A stretch of 64,000 bases of DNA, taken from IMG/VR virus record IMGVR_UViG_3300045988_111426; one strand, written 5' to 3'. Positions 36,659 through 45,052 of this stretch are shown here, in pieces; position 1 is the first letter of the stretch; every line of letters begins with the position of its first letter. A program made the position numbers and the translations under genes. Origin of the DNA: a virus. The notes beneath the pieces are model-generated. The model made no database searches. It was not told where the DNA came from and saw nothing but the letters and a program-made list of their open reading frames with translations.

Positions 36659-37801
36659 ATGTTAAGAGCAATTAAAGTAAGGTTATATCCAAACAAAGCG
36701 CAGGAACAAGAACTTAACAAGGTTCTTGGTGCTTATCGTTTTGTCTATAACCACATGCTCGATAAAAGAAAGACTGCTTATGAAACTGACAAGACAAGTC
36801 TAAGCGAAAACGATCTATCAAAGTACTTCCATGGAACATTGCTGAAAGATGAACAACATGTTTGGATAAAAGAACAGAACACAAAGGTGATGAACCAAGC
36901 AATCAAACAGATGGTCGGTGCTTATCAAAACTTCTTCAATCATCATAAAGGATTTCCAAAGTTTAAATCAAAGAAAGACAAACAATCGGCATTGTTTCCT
37001 CGTAATGCCATTTCAAAGAGGAACACTTTCGAAACGAAGCACATAACTTTAATCACTTCCCTTAAGAACCTCAGATTCCGTTGTTCTGACTTATATCACA
37101 AACGCTTGCAGAAATACAAGGACAACATAAGAAGCGCAACTCTCTCGAAAACCAAGAGTGGGAATTTCTTCTTGTCGATTCTTGTAGACATTCCCGAAGC
37201 GGAATTTGTGAAATTCGGAAAGACCAACAAACAAGTTGGTATTGACCTTGGCGTGAAAGATTTCGTTATAACCTCCGATGAAACTGTGTTTGAAAACAAA
37301 CACTTCTTCAAGAAGGAGGAAAAGAAGATGATCAAACTTCAACGTCAATTATCCAGAAAGGTCAAAGGTTCAAACAATAGGAACAAACAGAGAATCAGAC
37401 TTGCAAAAGTGATTGCGAATATAACGAACAAGAAAGAGAACTACATCCACTCAGTTGTGAACGAGATATTGAAATCATACGACACGGTGTTCATGGAAGA
37501 CTTGAATATTAAAGGGATGCTTGGAAATCGTTATCTTGCGAATGCTATCCAAGAGTCTGGATTTTATCGGTTCAAGTCGATATTGCAATATAAGGCTCTT
37601 ATGAATGATAAGCGAGTTGTTCTTATCAATAGGTTCTATCCAAGTTCAAAGACTTGTTCGTGTTGTGGTTACAAGAAGAAAGACTTGAAACTCGGTGATA
37701 GGTTTTGGACTTGTCCCGAATGTGGTGAATATCACGACAGAGATATAAACGCTTCGAAGAACATTCTTTTTGAAGGACAAAGAAAACTTCGAACTGGCTA
37801 A
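36659..37801 (+). mobile_element. tnpB: TnpB (IS200/IS605-family OrfB) RNA-guided nuclease gene, with no tnpA
   Basis: N-terminus MLRAIKVRLYPNKAQEQ. RuvC-I GIDLGVKDF, RuvC-II VFMEDLNIKGM, Zn finger CSCCGY...CPECGEYHDRDINASKNI (RuvC-III Asp). Confidence 0.85.
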
Positions 37802-38090
37802 GATATAAAAAAGATGAATAGGTGTTCGTAACACCGAATTTACGCTTGCGGACTGCTCTCTTATGGATGACCGAACCTCGTGTTCCTAAAAAGTAATGGT
37901 AGGTTGAAACAAGAAGTGAGAACTGGATAAAACGCAGATTTTTCACATACGATAAGGCTTTTACACATCCAAGGGAAGATTTGTCGATAGGTATGAAGCT
38001 TGTAAAATAGCCAAAGAATCTGGCCAAATAGAGGTCGATGATGAAAATATGGTTCTTTACTCGGAAGACCTCTACTGAATCACAAGATCA
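37802..38090 (+). ncRNA. candidate omega/reRNA scaffold and right end of the TnpB element
   Basis: 289 nt of ORF-free sequence directly 3' of tnpB, with local hairpins (for example GGTGTTcgtAACACC at 37822). The position matches where TnpB guide RNAs are encoded. The boundary was not determined. Confidence 0.4.
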
Positions 38091-38558
38091 ATGATTAGTC
38101 CTACAGAGTTTTACGAAGGTCTTGATAAAGGTGAATATAAGACGAATATCAAGATATATCAATCATCACAGACATTGGACTACAATGGAAGTCCAATGTT
38201 TGAGGTTGAAATAACAACAACAAAAACACGGATGCCTATCAAAGACGATCCTTACGATAGTCCCTATGAGTTCAAGCTCACGATAAAAAGGAATCAACGA
38301 GAAATCAACGATTTTATCACACATGTAAAGTTGGTTAGCTTACGTTGGAAATCATCTGAAGAGGTTGATAAAACCGTTGCTAAATTGGAACGGCTTATAA
38401 ACGATTTCACTAATGCTTGCTATGGCTATCAAAATGGAGAGTACAACTCAAGATCGGACTATTACGCATATCTAACATTGCGAGGTTGTTATGAATATCT
38501 AAGCTCGTACTTTGATGATTTACAATATGTCTACGATGCTTATATTGTACGGACTTAA
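38091..38558 (+). CDS. hypothetical protein
   Basis: Track ORF of 155 aa. Confidence 0.55.
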   Translation: MISPTEFYEGLDKGEYKTNIKIYQSSQTLDYNGSPMFEVEITTTKTRMPIKDDPYDSPYEFKLTIKRNQREINDFITHVKLVSLRWKSSEEVDKTVAKLERLINDFTNACYGYQNGEYNSRSDYYAYLTLRGCYEYLSSYFDDLQYVYDAYIVRT

Positions 38559-38615
38559 TAAGTCTGTCACACACAAATCCCTAAACAGAAGAATAGTTAA
38601 AACTTGAATCGAAAC

Positions 38616-39569
38616 ATGGTAAGGAAGGCAACTAATAAGTTACTTCAGAAGGCTAAAAAGCAGAAGAACGACGAGTTCTATACGCAACTTATTGACATCG
38701 AGAGAGAATTGCGACATTATGAAAGCTATTTTAAGGGGAAAGTTGTGTATTGCAATTGTGATGATCCTTTGACGGGTAACTTTTTCAGATACTTCGTTTC
38801 TAACTTCAAAGCATTAGGACTTAAGAAGGTGATCGCATCTTGTTATAAGGAAAACGGTCATGGCTTTTTCTTTGAATACACAGGGACAGAACTTGCTGAT
38901 GCAGATCCAAAGACCGCCAATGTTGTCTACTTCAAGGGCGATGGCGACTTTCGTAGCCAAGAAAGTATTGCCTTACTGGAACAATCTGACATAGTTGTTA
39001 CCAATCCACCATTTTCGTTGTTCCGTGAGTATGTTGCACAATTAACAAGATATGATAAGCTCTTTCTCATTATTGGGAATATCAACGCCATCACTTATAA
39101 AGAGATTTTCAAGCTCATTCAAGATGGTAAGGTATGGCTTGGTGTGAATATTGCGAGAGGAATTTCTGGGTTTGTTGTACCAGCTCATTATGAACTCTAC
39201 GGAACAGAAACAAGGATAGACGAATCTGGTAACAGGGTTGTATCTACCAACAATTGTCTGTGGCTTACGAATTTGGACAATTTTACGCATCGTAAAGAGA
39301 TCTCGCTTACCAAAAGCTACTATGGGCACGAACATGAATATCCCAAATACGACAATTATGATGGTATAAATGTTGATAAGACTAAGAACATACCACGAGA
39401 TTACAGTGGTTATATGGGAGTTCCGATAACATTCTTACATAAATTCGATCCACGCCAATTTGAGATTGTGGGTTCCAGAAAGGGAAACGATGGGAAATGT
39501 TTATCTGTGAATGGGAAATGTTCTTATTTTAGGATAATCATCAAGAAGAAACAAACTACGACTAAATGA
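38616..39569 (+). CDS. N6-adenine DNA methyltransferase (EcoRI-methylase-like family)
   Basis: KNDEFYTQ near the N-terminus and catalytic VVTNPPFSLFREY. The TTG start in the track was replaced by the ATG at 38616. Confidence 0.6.
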   Translation: MVRKATNKLLQKAKKQKNDEFYTQLIDIERELRHYESYFKGKVVYCNCDDPLTGNFFRYFVSNFKALGLKKVIASCYKENGHGFFFEYTGTELADADPKTANVVYFKGDGDFRSQESIALLEQSDIVVTNPPFSLFREYVAQLTRYDKLFLIIGNINAITYKEIFKLIQDGKVWLGVNIARGISGFVVPAHYELYGTETRIDESGNRVVSTNNCLWLTNLDNFTHRKEISLTKSYYGHEHEYPKYDNYDGINVDKTKNIPRDYSGYMGVPITFLHKFDPRQFEIVGSRKGNDGKCLSVNGKCSYFRIIIKKKQTTTK

Positions 39570-39730
39570 TCTGATCAATAGAGATCAATGATGATAAAAA
39601 GAAGGAAACGAAACCGATAGGAAGATCAAATAATAAGACTTATGAAGAGATTCAGAAAAAGGTCTGATGATCTAACCATAAAGATCAGAGAGGTTCGACC
39701 CCTCTTCTCTTCGCAAAAATAAAAAGGAAC

Positions 39731-39814
39731 AGAGGTGTCGCATAGTGGCAATTGCAAGTGACTGTAAATCACTCGTCTTAAAAGGCTTCGTAAGTTCGAT
39801 TCTTACCACCTCTA
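39731..39814 (+). tRNA. tRNA-Tyr (anticodon GTA), class II with long variable arm
   Basis: Acceptor AGAGGTG/CACCTCT, D-arm GCA-TAGTGGCAAT-TGC, anticodon stem AGTGA/TCACT with loop CTGTAAA, T-arm GTAAGTTCGATTCTTAC. Confidence 0.8.
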
Positions 39815-40175
39815 CAAAAATAAAAAGAAAAAGCGACTCGAGGGCTACTTGAAAAGATACACAGTAGCTATCTTCACGGAATCTTTCATAGAGTTGGGAC
39901 TTTCTTGAAGATATCGCAATATTGAACAACAACTCTATCACTCGGCTTGGTCTTTGATTAATGGGACTATAGGTCGATAGGTAAAGAACAACCTTGATAG
40001 CGTGTAAGATTATCAGAAAAGTCTCTTGTGCAGAGTGACAAAGCCCTCATTGGAGAAGCTAAAATCCCTAGTGGTTTGAACCATGATGATGATACGGCTG
40101 TTGAGTAGATTGAGAGAGCGTTTAGGATTTATAGTGATGCTCCACCAACCTCTCTGGGCAAGTAAAAAACTCGTT
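39815..40175 (+). ncRNA. ORF-free inter-tRNA spacer, candidate structured RNA
   Basis: 361 nt between two tRNAs. Long-range complementarity GAGGGCT (39840) / AGCCCTC (40041). The GAAGATATCGCAAT box is shared with 40288-40301. Confidence 0.25.
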
Positions 40176-40260
40176 GGAGAGATGGCAGAGCGGTCTATCG
40201 CATCAGTCTTGAAAACTGAAGGTCGGAAACGATCCGTGGGTTCGAATCCCACTCTCTCCT
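40176..40260 (+). tRNA. tRNA-Ser (anticodon TGA), class II
   Basis: Acceptor GGAGAGA/TCTCTCC, anticodon stem TCAGT/ACTGA with loop CTTGAAA, long variable arm GGTCGGAAACGATCC, T-arm GTGGGTTCGAATCCCAC. Confidence 0.8.
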
Positions 40261-40743
40261 CAAAAATGACTATTGGATTCACAGCAAGAAGATATCGCAA
40301 TTGCTCCTAAAAATTACGTAGTCCACTGGGAAGTCATCAAAACAAAAGCGTTCTTTTAAAGAATTCTCAATGTCGAGATTTATAGACATACAGCAAACAT
40401 AATTATTCATAACTGGCTCATAGACCGTCTGTAGTAAAGATTTCGACGAAAACATTAAGAAAACATCCGTTTAGATAGCAGATTTCCTGCATTGAAAATC
40501 TAAGGTTAATGGCTTCGTGCTCCTGTCGGCACTATCTGCAGTCATCTAAACGGTTATCAATCATAGTCTCCGATTTGCAGATATTCAGCAATGAATCTTC
40601 ATTATCGTTTGTCTACGTGTTAAACGTCTGCAGTATAATCGGAATCCATAAAGTGATGACACTATACTTCGCCTCCTACAATAGGTTCACCACTTTTTGT
40701 TGTTAGAAGGGCTGTCGTTCGATTCAGAGAACGACAGCCCTTC
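40261..40743 (+). ncRNA. candidate large structured ncRNA downstream of tRNA-Ser, ending in a strong terminator
   Basis: There is no credible ORF. Nested helices: CCGTTTAGATAGCAGAT (40467) / ATCTGCAGTCATCTAAACGG (40534), and CCGATTTGCAGA (40570) / TCTGCAGTATAATCGG (40626) enclosing two hairpins. Terminator GAAGGGCTGTCGTTC/GAACGACAGCCCTTC at 40706-40743. Confidence 0.4.
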
Positions 40744-40786
40744 GTCATTTTCTAAAGATAACTAAAAAGATATCACAACACATACG

Positions 40787-41089
40787 ATGAAGAAGACTTT
40801 AAAGCGTAAGATGCTTACCGATGGAGAACTGTCTATCCGATTTGAACGAGATAGGTACTTGGATACTGAGAAAGTTGCTCGTGGAAATGGCTATAAGATG
40901 TTCAAGTACCGTGGTCGATTTTTAGCAGAAGTTCGTGGGAAGAATCCTCGTTATGTCCAAATCTTTAAACATAAACACGTCTCTATGGGAAGATGTAACT
41001 GTTCGCTATGTGAATGGCGAAGAAAACGTACCATTCAATATAAGGCGAAAAAGATGAACGAGAAGACAGAAGCATTTGGAGAATGGTGA
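40787..41089 (+). CDS. hypothetical basic protein
   Basis: Track ORF of 100 aa. Confidence 0.5.
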   Translation: MKKTLKRKMLTDGELSIRFERDRYLDTEKVARGNGYKMFKYRGRFLAEVRGKNPRYVQIFKHKHVSMGRCNCSLCEWRRKRTIQYKAKKMNEKTEAFGEW

Positions 41090-41112
41090 TTTGATCGCTA
41101 TCTTTGAAAAAC

Positions 41113-41151
41113 GAAAGGCGACAACTCGATTTAGAGAGTTGTCGCCTTTTC
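41113..41151 (+). terminator. rho-independent terminator
   Basis: GAAAGGCGACAACTC / GAGTTGTCGCCTTTTC. Confidence 0.65.
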
Positions 41152-41183
41152 TGCATATTGGGATTAAAATCAAGATTTGTTGA

Positions 41184-41279
41184 ATTAAAGAGAGGTACTT
41201 TCCTTGTCCTCGAAGATATCTGAGAATATGAAAATAGCGGAAACTATACTCAAGCTCAAGGAAAGTACCTCTCTTTAAT
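41184..41279 (+). repeat. dispersed hairpin element, most symmetric copy
   Basis: 23-bp perfect terminal inverted repeats ATTAAAGAGAGGTACTTTCCTTG ... CAAGGAAAGTACCTCTCTTTAAT around core GAATATGAAAATAGCGGAAA. Confidence 0.9.
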
Positions 41280-41294
41280 CAGGAGAGTACTTTC

Positions 41295-41771
41295 TCATTT
41301 AAAGAACTTCTCTGTCACGAAGAGATATTTCCAACCTCTCTCTGCACAGAACTTTTCTGCAGATCTTCTCTTTACTTCTACATTCAGATTTGTCTGTAGT
41401 TCTCGGCTATATGTCGATTTCGATTTCTTTGCACTTCTCTTAGGAATCTGAGTTTGAGAGTAAGGTTTTACTTCTATGAGGAACGTTTTAAGTTCTCCCT
41501 TCACTCTCATCTGCATCCAAAAATCTGGGTAGTAAGTCCTCTGTTTTTGCATCATTGGATCGAAATACGAGATCTTTGTGTCGGGATGTTCGTATGTCCA
41601 CTTTTCTACATTCGGATTCGCATCAATAAGTCGCATGAACTTGAGTTCTAAAGATGATCTGTACGGAACACCTTCTTTGTTGAGATGTCCAACAAACTTG
41701 TCCTTATTGGTTGGAATGTAGTAACCTTGTTTATATCCTCTTGTGTTATTAGGATTTGGATTCTGTAGCAT
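41295..41771 (-). CDS. head completion nuclease, T4 gp4-like (PD-(D/E)xK)
   Basis: YRSSLELKFMRLIDANPNVEKW, YYPDFWMQ, FLIEVKPYSQT, and a C-terminal ...AEKFCAERGWKYLFVTE. Size of 158 aa fits. Confidence 0.6.
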   Translation of the reverse strand: MLQNPNPNNTRGYKQGYYIPTNKDKFVGHLNKEGVPYRSSLELKFMRLIDANPNVEKWTYEHPDTKISYFDPMMQKQRTYYPDFWMQMRVKGELKTFLIEVKPYSQTQIPKRSAKKSKSTYSRELQTNLNVEVKRRSAEKFCAERGWKYLFVTEKFFK

Positions 41772-41784
41772 GTGTTCTTTCTAA

Positions 41785-43194
41785 TTATGCAGGAAAGCCC
41801 ATGTAAGGTGTCTGCTTCCTCATCATTTCGTTGAGGAAAGCTATGAATTGTAAATTGTTCATTCCCATTCTTTCAAAAGGTGGGAAATCGTCAGATTGGA
41901 TAGCAAGGGATTGGAATGAGGAAGGATCAGTGTCGACTATTGCAGATCCTCCATTTTCCGTCTCCGTCTTTAAGTTTGTGTTTATAACAATCGATCCTCC
42001 ATTGTCTTTTATCTTCACAGATCCTCCACGGAAGAGAATCCTCCATGTCGAGGAGACTTTTCGATTAAGGTCTATTTCAAGCATTGTGGGGAAAACTACG
42101 ACACCGTTGATAGTCAGCCACACAACGAAGATCTTCCCAATTATGACTGCAGGAATGACCACCATGAACTTGTGGATGATCGGAAGCTTGATAGGTGTGG
42201 AAGGTGGAAGGATTATACCAGTTGTCCAATACGTAGGGATCACCGAGACAATGTTCAAAAAGCTCGTGAACTTTCTCCAATATGCAGGTTTTGTGATATC
42301 ATAAGCCTTTGGATTTCTGGAGATTTCACGTAAAGACATATCAGCATCTTGATTTGTCGATGATTTGTCTTCCTTCGCATTATCATCACCAATCATTGAC
42401 TGTATTACACATTTCACCGCTCGAAGATCATCCACGATCTGTTTCTCTTTGAGTTCTGTATCGAAAACTACGAACTTGTTACAAAAGTCTATTATGAAGT
42501 GCTCTACGTAAGACTGATGGAAGATTCTCGACTTCAGTTTTTTACCATCCTTCTTCCCGAAGATCTTTATCGCATTCTTCGAATCGTACTTCCTCTTGCT
42601 GTTTGTACAATTGTTGAATATACGAAGAGCATAATCAAGAGATTCGAGAAGTTTCTCCAAACTCTCAAAGTTGAGTTTTCGAGAGAGATCTTCAACTCTC
42701 TCTATTGGTGATGATGATTTTTGATGGGCATTTTTAATCACATCATAAACTCTCGAAGGGATACCCGCTTCAAGACCAGTTATCTTCGATCTATCTTTTA
42801 AAGATTTCTCGTGGATAAAAGAGCAAGCATAAATCAAAGACAGATCTTTGGAAAGTTCAAGTATTCTTCGAATTGTTCCTTTATCTTTCTCTACTCTTGT
42901 AGATACGTTACTTATAGTAGAACTAATCGAAGACAAACATTCATCAATTGAAAATGGTGGTTCTTCTTGCTTTGTGAGTTTGTCGACAGCGTCTAATAAC
43001 GACTTGTCAATCACAGGCTTTATGTCGGAAGGTATCGTCAAGTGACATCCTTCCAGAGGACATGCAGGAATCTCGTCGAAGTGTATCTTACACATGTCGA
43101 CTTCTGCCGTGCTTTCCATCACACGTTCATATTCCTTGAAAAGATCCTCACCGAGGATGTCTTTAATTGATGTAGTCTTCATCTTTGTCGACAA
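41785..43194 (-). CDS. hypothetical protein with C-terminal hydrophobic segments
   Basis: Track ORF of 469 aa. Confidence 0.55.
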   Translation of the reverse strand: MSTKMKTTSIKDILGEDLFKEYERVMESTAEVDMCKIHFDEIPACPLEGCHLTIPSDIKPVIDKSLLDAVDKLTKQEEPPFSIDECLSSISSTISNVSTRVEKDKGTIRRILELSKDLSLIYACSFIHEKSLKDRSKITGLEAGIPSRVYDVIKNAHQKSSSPIERVEDLSRKLNFESLEKLLESLDYALRIFNNCTNSKRKYDSKNAIKIFGKKDGKKLKSRIFHQSYVEHFIIDFCNKFVVFDTELKEKQIVDDLRAVKCVIQSMIGDDNAKEDKSSTNQDADMSLREISRNPKAYDITKPAYWRKFTSFLNIVSVIPTYWTTGIILPPSTPIKLPIIHKFMVVIPAVIIGKIFVVWLTINGVVVFPTMLEIDLNRKVSSTWRILFRGGSVKIKDNGGSIVINTNLKTETENGGSAIVDTDPSSFQSLAIQSDDFPPFERMGMNNLQFIAFLNEMMRKQTPYMGFPA

Positions 43195-43396
43195 GGAAGT
43201 TCACTCTCTTCTTGATAGATTTCACGGAATAGACAAGATGCGTCATTATGTCTTCGATATACTTCAAGAATCCTTCAACATTTTCATTAAGGTAGATTAT
43301 AGAGGAAAGCGATCTCTGCATGATCTTTCCTCTATAATCGTACCCGAGATTCTTCAGTTTTGTTTTTCTTCTATGAAGTGCCTTGTAATTATCCAT
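43163..43396 (-). CDS. hypothetical small protein
   Basis: Track ORF of 77 aa that bridges two genes with short overlaps. Confidence 0.4.
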   Translation of the reverse strand: MDNYKALHRRKTKLKNLGYDYRGKIMQRSLSSIIYLNENVEGFLKYIEDIMTHLVYSVKSIKKRVNFLVDKDEDYIN

Positions 43397-44969
43397 TTTG
43401 CTTCATTGATTCTTCAAAAACAGATCGAACATACTCAAACTTCGACTTGTTCTCGGTTATTATTTCACGAAGTTGCTCACGAGTGTCATCCTCTTGCTTT
43501 CTTGGGAATTCGAATTCAGAGTTCTCCTTTATAGACTTCAGAGCTTTTGCAGTCTCTTCTTTTGACGTACCGAACTGGTCGTTATGACTTTTAATGATCT
43601 GTCCACCTTGCTCTGAATCATTCCCTGCACTTCCTGTATCCCCCATAAAAGCTTTCAACTTTGAAATTGCAGTATCTGCTACAGCATCCACTTTGTCGAT
43701 TGCACGCTTTGCAGAATCACCTGCTTTCTTTGCTTGTTTGTTTACAAATCTTCCTGCAACATTTGAAGGTCTGAACTCGGTCTCAAGTTCATCAAGCTTC
43801 TGTTTCAATGCTTTAGTTGCGTGTGATGCTGTTCCCTTGATCTGGTTATCGATCGCTCTTGTAATAGCTTCTGATGTCTTTCGAGCTTCCTCAATGGCGA
43901 TCTTCTTGACGATATCGCCAATCCCCGAAGAGGAAGACTTCTGACCATCTGTCGTGAATCTTCTGACCTCTCTCGAGATTTCAGATTGTTTGTCTGATCT
44001 CTGATAAACGTGTGGTTCTACTTCCTCGAGGAATCTCTTCTTTCTTGCCGATTCTGAGAACACGTCAAGATCGTGATATCTGAAGTCCATACGACCAAGC
44101 GATATCTTGAACTTTGTAGACACTTCTTTACCTCCTTCATTGGAGACACTGGAAAGATAGGAGAAAGTTTCTGAAAAGTCGAACTCACAATCTGTGAACT
44201 TGTAGGCATGAGTTCCGAGGTAAGGATTGAGGAAGACCATACCGTCACGATCCTCAATGAATCTCTCGGATTCACCACCATGTTCTTCCATTATCTTCTT
44301 GTACTTCTCATCATTGTTGAAGTAGTTAGTGAGAAGCGACTTTATGTTTCTGATTTCGTGAATGACGACGATCATGTCAAACCGTCGAAGGTTGATCGGT
44401 GCGACATTCTTCATGTTCTGATAGTCGTACGTTGCATGAAGATAGTCATCTGCCATCGAAGATATGAACATGTCCATCGATTCTATCGTGCTAATCGTTA
44501 TCTCTTGTGGGAGAAATGCGACTTTTGGCTGTATCTTCCAAAAACTTCCAAGACCATCCATTGACTTCATGTAATGGAATCGATTGGTCATTAGTTCTCG
44601 CATCTTTCCTTGGAAATTCAGAAGTTTTTCCTTTCTCCAAGTCTGGTTTACCGATTCTAAGTAATACGACAGACTTTCACCACCTCCCATTTTCTCTTTC
44701 CTCACTTGAACACGCTTGTCGTTGTTCCTAAAAAGTGGTGATGTCCAATCGATGATTATCTTAAAAGAGAGGAATGTTGGATCTTCAATTCTGATCAGTG
44801 ACTTCTTCGAAAGATACCACTTTGAGTACATCTCCAGCAGTGAATCAAGGTCTTGTGGTCTGTCTTTCCCAGTCTTGATCCTCTCTGCATCTTTCCATAA
44901 GAGATCATCGACAATACCTGTTGTAAGATTGCCGTCGGCTATATTGTCGTATAGTTTCTTGATATTCAT
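43389..44969 (-). CDS. hypothetical virion-type protein
   Basis: Track ORF of 526 aa with the late-type motif upstream. Confidence 0.6.
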   Translation of the reverse strand: MNIKKLYDNIADGNLTTGIVDDLLWKDAERIKTGKDRPQDLDSLLEMYSKWYLSKKSLIRIEDPTFLSFKIIIDWTSPLFRNNDKRVQVRKEKMGGGESLSYYLESVNQTWRKEKLLNFQGKMRELMTNRFHYMKSMDGLGSFWKIQPKVAFLPQEITISTIESMDMFISSMADDYLHATYDYQNMKNVAPINLRRFDMIVVIHEIRNIKSLLTNYFNNDEKYKKIMEEHGGESERFIEDRDGMVFLNPYLGTHAYKFTDCEFDFSETFSYLSSVSNEGGKEVSTKFKISLGRMDFRYHDLDVFSESARKKRFLEEVEPHVYQRSDKQSEISREVRRFTTDGQKSSSSGIGDIVKKIAIEEARKTSEAITRAIDNQIKGTASHATKALKQKLDELETEFRPSNVAGRFVNKQAKKAGDSAKRAIDKVDAVADTAISKLKAFMGDTGSAGNDSEQGGQIIKSHNDQFGTSKEETAKALKSIKENSEFEFPRKQEDDTREQLREIITENKSKFEYVRSVFEESMKQNG

Positions 44970-44978
44970 CAGAACGAG

Positions 44979-44990
44979 TTTCGTTATTTA
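44979..44990 (-). promoter_or_regulatory. late-type motif TAAATAACGAAA
   Basis: Exact 12-mer, 9 nt upstream of the ATG at 44969. Confidence 0.5.
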
Positions 44991-45024
44991 GAGTTTCGTT
45001 CTGACCGTATTTCGGAAACATTTG

Positions 45025-45036
45025 TAAATAACGAAA
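45025..45036 (+). promoter_or_regulatory. late-type motif TAAATAACGAAA
   Basis: Exact 12-mer, 16 nt upstream of the ATG at 45053. It is the divergent partner of 44979-44990. Confidence 0.5.
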
Positions 45037-45052
45037 TGTATATTCGACAGGT

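Noticed and set aside
39672-40706. Track ORFs 39672..39941, 40013..40300, 40083..40310 and 40509..40706.
   Set aside because: They are translations of tRNA genes (for example FEPT and RIELT from T-arms) or of the structured spacers, and they have non-protein-like composition.
39815-40743. Group I intron or tmRNA in the tRNA-flanking spacers.
   Set aside because: Both tRNAs fold intact with no insertion. There is no extra T-arm/acceptor mimic and no tag-peptide-like frame, and I could not recognise P3/P7-type cores by eye. This needs a covariance-model scan to settle.
41184-41279. TTAA target-site duplication as proof that the hairpin element is a MITE.
   Set aside because: TTAA is palindromic and may simply be part of the inverted repeat. 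Other copies end differently on the right side (TTCCTGTAATCAG or AAGGAAAGCCAAGGAG), so no consistent duplication can be shown.
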